59,053 nucleotides of DNA from IMG/VR virus record IMGVR_UViG_3300025154_000055; one strand, written 5' to 3'. Below are positions 42,533 to 51,529 of the stretch, piece by piece; position 1 is the stretch's first letter, and the number at the start of each line of letters is the position of its first letter. The translations under genes and the position numbers were made by a program. The notes beneath the pieces are model-generated. The model did no database searches and was not told the DNA's origin. It saw only the letters and a program-made list of their open reading frames with translations. This DNA is from an uncultured virus (IMG/VR IMGVR_UViG_3300025154_000055) (taxonomy: Duplodnaviria > Heunggongvirae > Uroviricota > Caudoviricetes).

Positions 42533-43109
42533 CGTTCATGTCGTGACTCCCTTTTTTCGGGAGAAAAATAAACAATCCCTAATTGTCGCTCTAGCGCGAG
42601 AACAGGTCTATTGGCATCCCATTACGGATTATCCAATTGATTTCGGAGAACAATGGATTCAGCCTATGGTGACGCAAGTCCTTGTCGGATGGCATCAAGG
42701 ATCGTGGAAAACCCAGTGGTATATCGACCACGCGGACATTATTGATGAGGATTATTATCACGTTCTGTGCGATGATGATCTGTTTGAAGAAGGGTTTTAT
42801 GATAAGATTCGGCACTGTCCAGAAGACGTTATTGTGGTTTCACTAAAGCGGGGAAATCGTCCGTCTAACTCTACTGGTATCCTGCATGGTTGCACAACGC
42901 TGGTTGCATCTCCACAAAATATGAAACGGGGACACGTCAGTAGCCAGCAGTATATCATGAAGGGTAAAATCTTCAAGACGCTAAAAATAGACCCGTCTGG
43001 GTGGGCCGATGGGCTATTGGGAGAGTTTTTGTACGCCAACTACCCCATCCGATACGAGCCAGATTGGTGCGCCTATTTCAATTACTTTGACACGGAGCGG
43101 TGGTCGTGA
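42525..43109 (+). CDS. putative GT-A glycosyltransferase
   Basis: VVTPFFR, LCDDD, ADG, YFNY. Confidence 0.65.
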   Translation: MTNVHVVTPFFREKNKQSLIVALAREQVYWHPITDYPIDFGEQWIQPMVTQVLVGWHQGSWKTQWYIDHADIIDEDYYHVLCDDDLFEEGFYDKIRHCPEDVIVVSLKRGNRPSNSTGILHGCTTLVASPQNMKRGHVSSQQYIMKGKIFKTLKIDPSGWADGLLGEFLYANYPIRYEPDWCAYFNYFDTERWS

Positions 43110-43789
43110 ACTTTGCATTACTCCTTACGGGACAAGAACGCACATTCGAGAAATGTTTTCCGTCTATCCAGAAACATATTCTAGCGCCCTACTCGCCCGA
43201 CGTGTTTATCTGCGTGGACGCCAATCAGGAGTTAAGATTTAGAGAATTACACAAACCGGTGTCAATGCACTTCGTCTTGGATAAAGAGAATCGGGACGCT
43301 ATCGGGAACTCTAGTCAAAAATATACCAACAAGGCAAAAGAGGCTGATGTCGAGGCGAATGTCTCGTTATTCTGGAAGTGGCGCGTCTGTTGGGATTTAT
43401 TAGAGAGGTCTGGACGCCAGTATGACGTGGTATTTATGGCGCGTCCAGACATTTGGATTAACTCGTTTGATTGTCCGTCTAATATTGACGAGAATATCAT
43501 CTACCTACCATCAACGGACGCGCTGGGAACAAGGTGGACGAGTGAACACGAATATTACGGTGGATGGGGCGGACAACTCGTATTCGGGAGTATGAGGGTT
43601 GCAGAAGTGGCATCTAAGATGTATGACCATCTGGACGAGATTTATAAGACTTATGAGAAGTATCCCCACTCATTTGGGGCATGGCACACTGAGCGAAACT
43701 TCAAGAGATGGATGTGCGTTATGAACCATATCGATATGAGTCTGTTCGATATAGACTTTCACATTGTTAGACCGGAGGAGTCATGCTAG
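43106..43789 (+). CDS. putative glycosyltransferase
   Basis: ALLLTGQERT, DVFI, YDVVFMARPD. Confidence 0.65.
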   Translation: MNFALLLTGQERTFEKCFPSIQKHILAPYSPDVFICVDANQELRFRELHKPVSMHFVLDKENRDAIGNSSQKYTNKAKEADVEANVSLFWKWRVCWDLLERSGRQYDVVFMARPDIWINSFDCPSNIDENIIYLPSTDALGTRWTSEHEYYGGWGGQLVFGSMRVAEVASKMYDHLDEIYKTYEKYPHSFGAWHTERNFKRWMCVMNHIDMSLFDIDFHIVRPEESC

Positions 43790-44004
43790 AAAAGGTCTCT
43801 CAGGCACTTTGGAGTTGGTGGGAGAGGGTTATAGACGTGTTTAATCTAGACTTCTTAGATAACATGGGTGGAGATATGCCGGAGTCTGATTCACCGAAAT
43901 GCCCCGTGTGTCAACATGATGCCGCTCCATTCGCGTCGTCATCGCTTGGCCCAGTTATGCGTTGTACGTGGTGCAAATTCACCTTTACGCTAAGGAAATT
44001 TTAG
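43783..44004 (+). CDS. small zinc-ribbon protein
   Basis: GGAGG RBS, CPVC/CTWC. Confidence 0.6.
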   Translation: MLEKVSQALWSWWERVIDVFNLDFLDNMGGDMPESDSPKCPVCQHDAAPFASSSLGPVMRCTWCKFTFTLRKF

Positions 44005-44456
44005 TGCCTGATATTACGCTGCTCCCCTACCCTCACACTTGCTACGAGGCTGAACTGCGATACGACCCCGACATGAATTGGTGGGAGTGTTCTGTTTGTG
44101 GGAAAAGATACCACGCACCGCAGATTAAGATTCCTGTCGTTCCGGTGTGGATGCCGTGGAAGATTCCCGTGGAAAAATTGTGTATTCCGGCTGGTCGGTA
44201 TTGGATTCCGTGGAGAGATTATCGGTTATGGAAGGTGCGAAGTGAATTTAGAGTTTGGGCGTGACGAAAGCGGGAATATATTAGGGCCGGACGTAAAGCT
44301 AGTCATGACCTTGTTTGACGGGGATGTGGTCGTGAAATATATGCCTGCTATGTTGGCGACCCTTACGTTGCTCTATGGGGACGAAAACGGAATTGTATTT
44401 AGGTCTGGGCACATCGAACACCGTGGTCTAATGGATGTTTGGGGGACGAGCGCGTA

Positions 44457-44483
44457 AATTCTCTACAGATTAGTTGACATAAC
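44457..44483. repeat. 27-bp dispersed motif copy
   Basis: AATTCTCTACAGATTAGTTGACATAAC. Confidence 0.78.
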
Positions 44484-44502
44484 TGTATTTCGGTGCTATC
44501 GT
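44474..44502 (+). promoter_or_regulatory. sigma70-type promoter
   Basis: TTGACA-17bp-TATCGT. Confidence 0.55.
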
Positions 44503-44605
44503 ATAGATAACACCGCGAGGTGAGCGGCCATTGGCCGGATGGGGCGGTAAAATTATCCTTCATGGTCATGCGCCGCCCCTGTGGAATTATCCTGAAACAA
44601 TACTC

Positions 44606-44633
44606 TTGACAACGGGTAATCACGCGATATGAT
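44606..44633 (+). promoter_or_regulatory. sigma70-type promoter upstream of ferritin/head genes
   Basis: TTGACA-16bp-TATGAT. Confidence 0.6.
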
Positions 44634-44653
44634 AATAACGATGATTTATTGTC

Positions 44654-44680
44654 GTTATGTCAACTACTCAAGTGAGAGAT
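44654..44680. repeat. 27-bp dispersed motif copy (inverted)
   Basis: reverse complement ATCTCTCACTTGAGTAGTTGACATAAC. Confidence 0.75.
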
Positions 44681-44690
44681 TTTGTATCAA

Positions 44691-44724
44691 AGGCGTGGCG
44701 CGGATGGCGTTACGCCTGTTTTTT
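44691..44724 (+). terminator. intrinsic terminator/attenuator in the ferritin leader
   Basis: AGGCGTGGCG/CGTTACGCCT stem followed by GTTTTTT. Confidence 0.65.
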
Positions 44725-44735
44725 GTGAGTATGCT

Positions 44736-45212
44736 ATGATTCCGATAAGCGAAAAACTGTCCGAAATGGTAAATTCCCAGATAGCCCGCGAGTTGGGCAA
44801 TTCGTTGCTTTACTCCCATTTTAGCTCATGGGCGCATATTCGCGGGTTGAAAAACATTGCCAAATTCTTCAAGGGTGAGTCTGATGGAGAAAAGGGACAT
44901 GCGGAGATTCTGACGAAAGTATTAAACGATTCAAATATTCAGATTGCGCTTCCCGCCATTCCAGAGAAACCGTCTAATTTTGCGGACTGCATGGCGATTG
45001 CTGATGAGTACGAACGCGCAGAAGTGGAAACTACGGACTTTCTGGACGCATTATATATGGCGGCAGAAGACGAGAAGTGCATCGGACTAAGTAATGTTCT
45101 TCAGGGAATGCTAGAAGAGCAATTAGAGGAACAGGGGACAACCGAGCGCGTAAAGTCCCTATTTGAGCAAGCTGGCGGAAATTACTTGTTGCTGGATTTG
45201 ATGTTCGATTAG
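44736..45212 (+). CDS. ferritin
   Basis: ferroxidase ligands E..Y (ARELGNSLLY), EKGH, AEVETT, EQLEE. Confidence 0.9.
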   Translation: MIPISEKLSEMVNSQIARELGNSLLYSHFSSWAHIRGLKNIAKFFKGESDGEKGHAEILTKVLNDSNIQIALPAIPEKPSNFADCMAIADEYERAEVETTDFLDALYMAAEDEKCIGLSNVLQGMLEEQLEEQGTTERVKSLFEQAGGNYLLLDLMFD

Positions 45213-45213
45213 C

Positions 45214-46536
45214 ATGAACAAACTTGACGCCAAGTGGAAGGTATATAACGAGAAGGGCCGCTATCAGTTGCATAAACTGAACGACGACGGCACTCAGGGT
45301 GAGGCAGTTGGCCCCGCTTACGAGAAGCGTGAAGATGCCCTGAAGTACCAACGCACACTTTACCGGAATTCGCAAGATATGAAGGCGGACACCATTGAAG
45401 AGACAGAATCTATGAATTCAACTAATCTCATGTCGGGGCGCGTACAATTCCAAGCGGATGAGTTTAATCCGCGTCTCTTGCATTTCAAAGATTACGTTTT
45501 AGCGCGACCAGAAAGTAACAAGAATAAGGATCGAGTTGACGAGCAGGGTATTCGAGAACTTGCCGCCACAATCGCTGGAATGCCCGTGGACTATAACCAC
45601 AACCCTAAACAAAACGTTGGAGTCTTCACCGCTGGAAGAGTCGGCGCAGAAGGGGAGTTGCGGACGGATGGACTGATTTGGCTAGATCGCTGTGAAGAGA
45701 ATGGCGTGAGCGCACAAGAGGTTTTGGATGGTCAGTTTGGTATGAGTGTCCACGGAGATGGGGACACCGCTGAGTGTTCCGTTTGTCACGGTATCTTTGC
45801 CAATGAGAGTCAGTATTGTGAGCACATCCGCGTTCAGGGCAAAGATCAGGGTATTCGCGCCAAGATAAAGCACGGGGCGGAGCGCATTATGCGCGGACTT
45901 CGCGCAATGGGCGGGGCATTCACTCACAATCCCGCAGGCAGTGGCACGGGCGCAGACGCTCTGTCTGGAATGAGATTCGCGGCGAGCCACACGGAGTTGA
46001 GCATGAACGACGAAACGAGCGAAGTAGAATCTGTCGAAAAGCAAGAAGATATGTCTCCCGCTGATGATCTTCGTGCAGAATCTATGAACAAAGAGGAAGC
46101 AATGGACAAGAAACCAGAAGAGGAAACCCCCGAAGAGGACAAGAAAGAAACTCCGAAGGATGAAAAGAAAGAAGAAGAGGCCGCCAAGATGAAGGCAGAA
46201 TATGAGGCCACGCAGAAAGAGATGGCCTGCCTCACCGCTAAACTCGAAGAAGTGACCGCCGAGAAAGCCGATGTGGAGTCTAAGTTGCAGTCCGCTAACG
46301 CGCAACTGGCTGAGGCTCAGAACACGCTCAAGGCACATCGCGTGGCGGAATTGCGGACTAAGTTTGAGGCGATGGCCGCTGAGGACTTTGAGGCGAATGT
46401 GGATTGGTATCTGTCGCTGAACGAGAAGCAATTAGCGCAGATTATCCCCGTGAAAGCGGGTAACGAAGACAAACCGGGACGTGTACGGATTGCGGCATCT
46501 GAGCAGCAAGACGTGATTGTTCCGTCGTTATTTTAA
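45214..46536 (+). CDS. prohead protease/scaffold fusion
   Basis: NKNKD, VDYNH, GMSV, CSVCH..CEH, NPA, then acidic coiled coil; upstream of capsid genes. Confidence 0.72.
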   Translation: MNKLDAKWKVYNEKGRYQLHKLNDDGTQGEAVGPAYEKREDALKYQRTLYRNSQDMKADTIEETESMNSTNLMSGRVQFQADEFNPRLLHFKDYVLARPESNKNKDRVDEQGIRELAATIAGMPVDYNHNPKQNVGVFTAGRVGAEGELRTDGLIWLDRCEENGVSAQEVLDGQFGMSVHGDGDTAECSVCHGIFANESQYCEHIRVQGKDQGIRAKIKHGAERIMRGLRAMGGAFTHNPAGSGTGADALSGMRFAASHTELSMNDETSEVESVEKQEDMSPADDLRAESMNKEEAMDKKPEEETPEEDKKETPKDEKKEEEAAKMKAEYEATQKEMACLTAKLEEVTAEKADVESKLQSANAQLAEAQNTLKAHRVAELRTKFEAMAAEDFEANVDWYLSLNEKQLAQIIPVKAGNEDKPGRVRIAASEQQDVIVPSLF

Positions 46537-46547
46537 GGAGCTATGAG

Positions 46548-47018
46548 ATGGCTAATAAAGTTTTTCAGATTCTCGATAGTTCCGGTGCGACTTTTGATGG
46601 TACGACCTATACGACCAGCGTGGCAACGATTGAACCGGGCCTGTTGGTGGTGAAAGATGCGGGCGCGAGCACAGTAGGGCTTGCGGCGGCGTCTGGCTCT
46701 GCCCCATCAGGATTTGCGTTCGGGACTCGTGACTCCGAGTACATGCCAACCACGCGCACGTATGACACGGGCGAGCATCTAGTGGTTGTGTCTGGACACG
46801 GAATTGCTTTGGTAAGTGCCGACTTCTTCACTAGCGGTAGCGTGCCTACGGACAATGCTGGTTCAAACGTCCTGTATGCTGCGGCCAGCGGGTTGATGGA
46901 TACTACGGGCACTAACAAAGTTGCGCGACTTTTGGAGATTACTTCGGTCTACGATCCCACGAACGGTACGGGAACGTCGAACAGTCTCGCAAAAATCGAA
47001 TTCAACATCGTGCCATAA
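46548..47018 (+). CDS. capsid decoration/cement protein
   Basis: 156-aa Gly/Thr/Ala-rich beta protein between scaffold and major capsid. Confidence 0.65.
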   Translation: MANKVFQILDSSGATFDGTTYTTSVATIEPGLLVVKDAGASTVGLAAASGSAPSGFAFGTRDSEYMPTTRTYDTGEHLVVVSGHGIALVSADFFTSGSVPTDNAGSNVLYAAASGLMDTTGTNKVARLLEITSVYDPTNGTGTSNSLAKIEFNIVP

Positions 47019-47030
47019 GGGGTGAATAAC

Positions 47031-48014
47031 ATGACAGAAATCAAAGTTCCATTCACTAAGTGCATTAAAGTTCATCCTCGTGTGGGCGCGAATGTGTTGA
47101 ACGCTGCGGATATGTCGCTGGATATGTATCTGGATAACACCCCAGACTATCGGGCGCAAGTCGATCAAATGTTAGCGTCCCTCGCAGGAAGCGGCCCCGA
47201 TGTTCTGGATAGCCGCAATCGTTTGGCGGCAGCGTTAGCCGAACCTATCCTCCAGATGGTTCCCTACGCCACGCTGTACGACAAGTTCTTCATGCCGTTG
47301 CAGATTGAAGAGCGCGAAGACCCCTCACTGCCCGTTGAAGATCAGCTCGTGGGCGTAGGGTGGGAAAGCCACATGCAGACGGGCGTTCAGTACGTGCGTC
47401 CGGGATACCTGTGGTATCGACCGTCGTTCAAGTATTGGACTTCGGGCATCGAGATTCCGTGGAATCTGATGAACAAGGCGGGATGGAATGTCCTGTCTCG
47501 TCAGATGAACTACACGGTCTGGGACATGGCGAAGAAACAGGATGCCGTGGCGAAAGCCGTTATCGATGCCGCGATTCCGAACTCTCACAAGTCCACCGTT
47601 GCAACGACTCTGACCAAAGCGGCAGTTGATGCCGTGCTGATTGCCTCTAGCCAGATCGGGTTCCCGGTCAAGCAAGCCTTGATCAATCCGGGTATCCTGA
47701 TGAGTATGCAGGGCTGGACGTGGGGCGGAACCGGGTTCTTCATCCCGCCAGAGCGCGCACAAGAACTGCTGGACAACCTGTTCATTAGCACTTACGGCAA
47801 CATCAAGTGGTACGCTTCTCCGTATGTTCCTACGGACTACGTGTACTTCGCGGGCGATCCTCAGCAAGTGGGCTGGCACGAAACCCGTGGTACTCCTCGC
47901 AATGACAGCGCCGTAAATATCACTGAAGGCATCGATCAGTACACGATTCGATCCGCTGAACACTCGTTTTACGCACAAAGCGGACTTTCACTTTGGCGCA
48001 TACAAATTACTTGA
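47031..48014 (+). CDS. major capsid protein (HK97 fold)
   Basis: ~330 aa, position, highly expressed codon bias, followed by a strong hairpin. Confidence 0.78.
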   Translation: MTEIKVPFTKCIKVHPRVGANVLNAADMSLDMYLDNTPDYRAQVDQMLASLAGSGPDVLDSRNRLAAALAEPILQMVPYATLYDKFFMPLQIEEREDPSLPVEDQLVGVGWESHMQTGVQYVRPGYLWYRPSFKYWTSGIEIPWNLMNKAGWNVLSRQMNYTVWDMAKKQDAVAKAVIDAAIPNSHKSTVATTLTKAAVDAVLIASSQIGFPVKQALINPGILMSMQGWTWGGTGFFIPPERAQELLDNLFISTYGNIKWYASPYVPTDYVYFAGDPQQVGWHETRGTPRNDSAVNITEGIDQYTIRSAEHSFYAQSGLSLWRIQIT

Positions 48015-48045
48015 TATATTAAGCAATTTGTGGTAATAAACATGG

Positions 48046-48082
48046 GATGGGGATTGCACCCAATGTGAATGCAATCCCCATC
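48046..48082 (+). terminator. 13-bp hairpin after capsid gene
   Basis: GATGGGGATTGCA/TGCAATCCCCATC. Confidence 0.6.
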
Positions 48083-48109
48083 TAAATAAAAAAGGAATAG
48101 GCAAACAGG

Positions 48110-48718
48110 ATGGCAACTAAGGTTAAGAAGGTTTCAGATACGCGCCCTACTCTCGAAGAGGTTAAGGCGCAACCGGGGCAATATCTATTCGTGACGTATG
48201 AGGGGACTCAGTTCGGGATGATGGGTATTCCCGCATTACGGCAGAGATGGGTAGGGGATGTTCAGGCAGACTTAGAGATTGAATTATTCAAGCCAAAGAT
48301 GATTGACGTAGAATGGTTGGATAATCCGATTTTCAGAGAGCATTATTTGAAGCATACTGGCATTAAGGTGTGGAAAAGTGATACTCTCCCCAAACCGCCT
48401 GACTATACCCTGCCAGACGACCTAGAGCGAACCATTAGCGAGGCACGAAAGCAGTTCGCCAGAACACTTGCCACATCGGACTATGACGAGAAGTTTAAGG
48501 ACATAGTTCAGATGACCGCCCGCGACCTCCCAGAAACAGAAGCAATGAAGTGGGAGAATCAGCAGCTCTACCCGTTTCTTGAAGTCCTTCGGATTTACGA
48601 GGAACGATTGTTAAACCGCAAAGAGATTCTACGCGACATTGACAAGCGACTGAAAGAAATCGAGAGCCGTGTTGATGGCGCAAATCGCCGCAGTCGCTAC
48701 AAGGCATATCAGAGATAA
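48110..48718 (+). CDS. hypothetical protein
   Basis: 202-aa ORF in the structural operon. Confidence 0.7.
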   Translation: MATKVKKVSDTRPTLEEVKAQPGQYLFVTYEGTQFGMMGIPALRQRWVGDVQADLEIELFKPKMIDVEWLDNPIFREHYLKHTGIKVWKSDTLPKPPDYTLPDDLERTISEARKQFARTLATSDYDEKFKDIVQMTARDLPETEAMKWENQQLYPFLEVLRIYEERLLNRKEILRDIDKRLKEIESRVDGANRRSRYKAYQR

Positions 48719-48721
48719 CAC

Positions 48722-49546
48722 ATGAGCTATAACCTCTGGACGGATGGTCTCGCAGACGTTGACCGAATTGCACGCCTTTTCAATAAGACGGTCATCGGAC
48801 GCGATCCGTTATCGGGTGTGGTCGATGGGGTGAACCAGTATTTCTATACTCAGTACACCCCTATTCTCGCCTCTCCCGCGCCAAGCGTGTACACCAGCGG
48901 GAGTACACCATTGGCGACGACCGATTATACGCTAGACTACGACGCTGGATTGGTGACGTTCAACACACCGCCTAGCGTTCAACCCGTCGCATCGTATACT
49001 ACGGCCAAATACTCGGACATGACTGTTCGCTCCATCCTCGTGGCAGGATTTGACGAGATGGAAGGGTTATGGTTTAGAGGGTTCGCGTTGAGCGAGTCTG
49101 TAGGCAGTGAGGTGATCCCGATTACCGAGAGTTCGGGGTCGGCCTACATTACGCTCAGTACGGGGAGCGACCCTCAAATCGGAAGTATCTATTTTGGGCA
49201 ATCCAGAAACCAAATCAACCTCTACGCTAAGTGCGTGCAATTGGCGTTTTACAGAACCTTAATGGGCGAACACGCGCTCTCAGACTTCATTTGGACAGAA
49301 GCGCAAGGATTGCGTGTGGATAAGTCCATGACCGTCAAGAATCTGAAACTAGCGTATGACGCGCTGTGGGACACCCTACAGATGATTCTCCAGAAAGCGC
49401 AATATGAGTGGTACGGCGATGCCCTCTTTGGTGGAGCGATACTTTCACCGCACACGAAAGACTACATCGCGCACAATTTCTGGCAGAAGGCATCCATCTC
49501 GGAAGATTGGCGCGGGAACACTCAGTATACGGGCAATAGGTGGTAA
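48722..49546 (+). CDS. putative head-tail adaptor
   Basis: DGVNQYF..DYTLDYDAGLVTFNTPP virion domain plus helical C-terminus; position. Confidence 0.6.
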   Translation: MSYNLWTDGLADVDRIARLFNKTVIGRDPLSGVVDGVNQYFYTQYTPILASPAPSVYTSGSTPLATTDYTLDYDAGLVTFNTPPSVQPVASYTTAKYSDMTVRSILVAGFDEMEGLWFRGFALSESVGSEVIPITESSGSAYITLSTGSDPQIGSIYFGQSRNQINLYAKCVQLAFYRTLMGEHALSDFIWTEAQGLRVDKSMTVKNLKLAYDALWDTLQMILQKAQYEWYGDALFGGAILSPHTKDYIAHNFWQKASISEDWRGNTQYTGNRW

Positions 49547-50005
49547 ATGCTTACGCCACACGATATGCTCACGATTCGCAAGGACGCATGGGACGCCCGA
49601 TTACCGTATCGAGAAGTTCTTATGGTATTCCCCAATATCACGAGCGGAAGCAATTACGACCCGTTTAGCGATAGTTCCTACGACATAACAGGCGCTCAAC
49701 CGACTGTCACCTATACGGACTATCGGACTAAGGCGCGGACGAAGATTATCCAAGACACGACCCTCGCGTTGTTCAATCAAGCGGTGGTTGGTCTGGAAGT
49801 GGGCGACTATCTACTGTACTTCTCTGACAGAGATAAAGCGATGGTCGATAAGATGGTGAACGCGCAGAACCAGTTTGCATATCTTGTAGTGGATGGCGTA
49901 ACGCTACGACCGTGGAACGATACCTTAAATGGAGTTGGCAAAACCTTTGACGTGTACGTACACGCGAAGAAATACTCGCCAAAATATCGCAGAACAGGGA
50001 CTTAG
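49547..50005 (+). CDS. putative head closure/stopper protein
   Basis: YDPF, beta-rich, position. Confidence 0.55.
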   Translation: MLTPHDMLTIRKDAWDARLPYREVLMVFPNITSGSNYDPFSDSSYDITGAQPTVTYTDYRTKARTKIIQDTTLALFNQAVVGLEVGDYLLYFSDRDKAMVDKMVNAQNQFAYLVVDGVTLRPWNDTLNGVGKTFDVYVHAKKYSPKYRRTGT

Positions 50006-50008
50006 GAC

Positions 50009-50347
50009 ATGGCACAGGACGAGGGATTAGAGGAAAGGGTTGTTGAATTAGAGAGATTGCTGGCGGAAAAGGACGCAACGATAGAGGCTTTAGGCAAGAT
50101 GCTGACAACCGCTCACGATGTGCTGAATCGGTCATCTGGCGCAGTCATGGAGAGTTCGCTCAAGGTATATGCGACCATGAAGCGACTCTTTGCAGCGAAC
50201 GACGTGAAGTTCGACTCCATCATGCGGATGCAGATTGCAGAGCACATGAATGATTTGGGGAGAAACGTCATCGACTTCTTCCATAACACGGGACTTGTAA
50301 CCTACACATCACGGGAAGCATGGCCTCCCAAGTTTAAGCGAGACTGA
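50009..50347 (+). CDS. hypothetical coiled-coil protein
   Basis: AGGA RBS. Confidence 0.6.
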   Translation: MAQDEGLEERVVELERLLAEKDATIEALGKMLTTAHDVLNRSSGAVMESSLKVYATMKRLFAANDVKFDSIMRMQIAEHMNDLGRNVIDFFHNTGLVTYTSREAWPPKFKRD

Positions 50348-50358
50348 GGTTTCACTGA

Positions 50359-50943
50359 ATGCCTGTAACGTCCAACTTGTCGGGTCTGAATAGATTCATT
50401 GATGACATTAAACTTCGATTTGATGATCCGGGTCTGATAAGAGTTCTTGGACAGGAGTTGTCGAAAGACCTGACGAGCGCGTTCTCTGAATCCGGTTTGC
50501 AATCTAAAAGTGGTGCAACTATTCAGGCGTTGTCTACCATTGGGGAACCGGAGAAAGTCGGTCGCGGATGGCGCATCACAGTTGGCGACAAGTCTGCACT
50601 AGGAAGTCCAGACGACCCCGCCCCGCGTGGAACGCTTAGAAAGTTCTATGATTATCTTGAGGGAACGGGGCGCGTCCATGCTTTTACCAAGTGGTCTGGA
50701 ATGTCTAGGTCTAACAAAGAACTTCTACAGGAAATGCGCCGTGCAGGACTGATGGGGGGGCGTGGCCCACGATATGCGAATTATATGTGGGTTCAGAACT
50801 ACGGTAGCGCTGCCGCCGAAATATCAGGGCGTCATTTCATAGAAAGAGGACAAGAACGATTCCGGTCTAGGGCAAGTAGTATTATCAATGATTGGTGGAA
50901 ATCGTCTGGTCATATTGGAACGTTGAAAGTTGGACTGGGATAA
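50359..50943 (+). CDS. putative neck/tail-completion protein (HK97 gp10-like)
   Basis: basic; YANY..QNYG..GRHFIERG. Confidence 0.6.
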   Translation: MPVTSNLSGLNRFIDDIKLRFDDPGLIRVLGQELSKDLTSAFSESGLQSKSGATIQALSTIGEPEKVGRGWRITVGDKSALGSPDDPAPRGTLRKFYDYLEGTGRVHAFTKWSGMSRSNKELLQEMRRAGLMGGRGPRYANYMWVQNYGSAAAEISGRHFIERGQERFRSRASSIINDWWKSSGHIGTLKVGLG

Positions 50944-50970
50944 ACCTCTCTGGTGATAAGTTAACATAAT
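50944..50970. repeat. 27-bp dispersed motif copy
   Basis: ACCTCTCTGGTGATAAGTTAACATAAT. Confidence 0.72.
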
Positions 50971-51517
50971 GCTAAAACACAGGGCGATACGCCTTTCCAT
51001 TCGAGACAGAATACGCGATATGTTCCTGTCCCCTGATGCGGGAAGTGGCCTTGCGTCCTTTAATGTGTACACTGAGGCACAACTACGGGCGGCATCGGCG
51101 GGAAACTTTACGCCCGTGTTTCCGTATGTGTATCTCTTAGACGCCTACATGTTGCCGGTGGCACAGCGGGTCAACGTCATGCAACCACAGTGCGTCATCG
51201 AAATTCAAGAATATCGCAAGCGACCCTTTGAGATGGGTAATCGTGAGGGGCGGTGGATTACGGTGTGGGTTCATGTGTTTGGACTAGATCGAGGACAGCG
51301 GGACGATCTGGGGTCATTCATTGTGGACTACCTCGGAAGTTCACTACCCATTAAGTCGTACAGCGCGAGTGACACAGCGGGCACTATCGTTGAGACGGCG
51401 CTCATTGACCCTGACCGGGTAGTTAGCGACCAGTTCACGAGCCGTTTAGATCAGGCTTTAGACGGCGTAACACTTGGGTGGAGCTTGGTAGAATTTAAGT
51501 TGCTGCCTAAGTTGTAA
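50969..51517 (+). CDS. putative tail terminator
   Basis: FPYV, VHVFG..QRDDL; directly before the tail tube. Confidence 0.62.
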   Translation: MLKHRAIRLSIRDRIRDMFLSPDAGSGLASFNVYTEAQLRAASAGNFTPVFPYVYLLDAYMLPVAQRVNVMQPQCVIEIQEYRKRPFEMGNREGRWITVWVHVFGLDRGQRDDLGSFIVDYLGSSLPIKSYSASDTAGTIVETALIDPDRVVSDQFTSRLDQALDGVTLGWSLVEFKLLPKL

Positions 51518-51529
51518 TGGAGTAAGAAT

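Noticed and set aside
44625..44658. Fur box upstream of ferritin
   Set aside because: Only a partial GATAAT match; the palindrome overlaps the 27-bp motif and does not fit the 19-bp consensus
45682..47978. Long antisense ORFs (249 aa and 217 aa) opposite scaffold and capsid genes
   Set aside because: Typical mirror-frame artefacts of strongly biased sense genes
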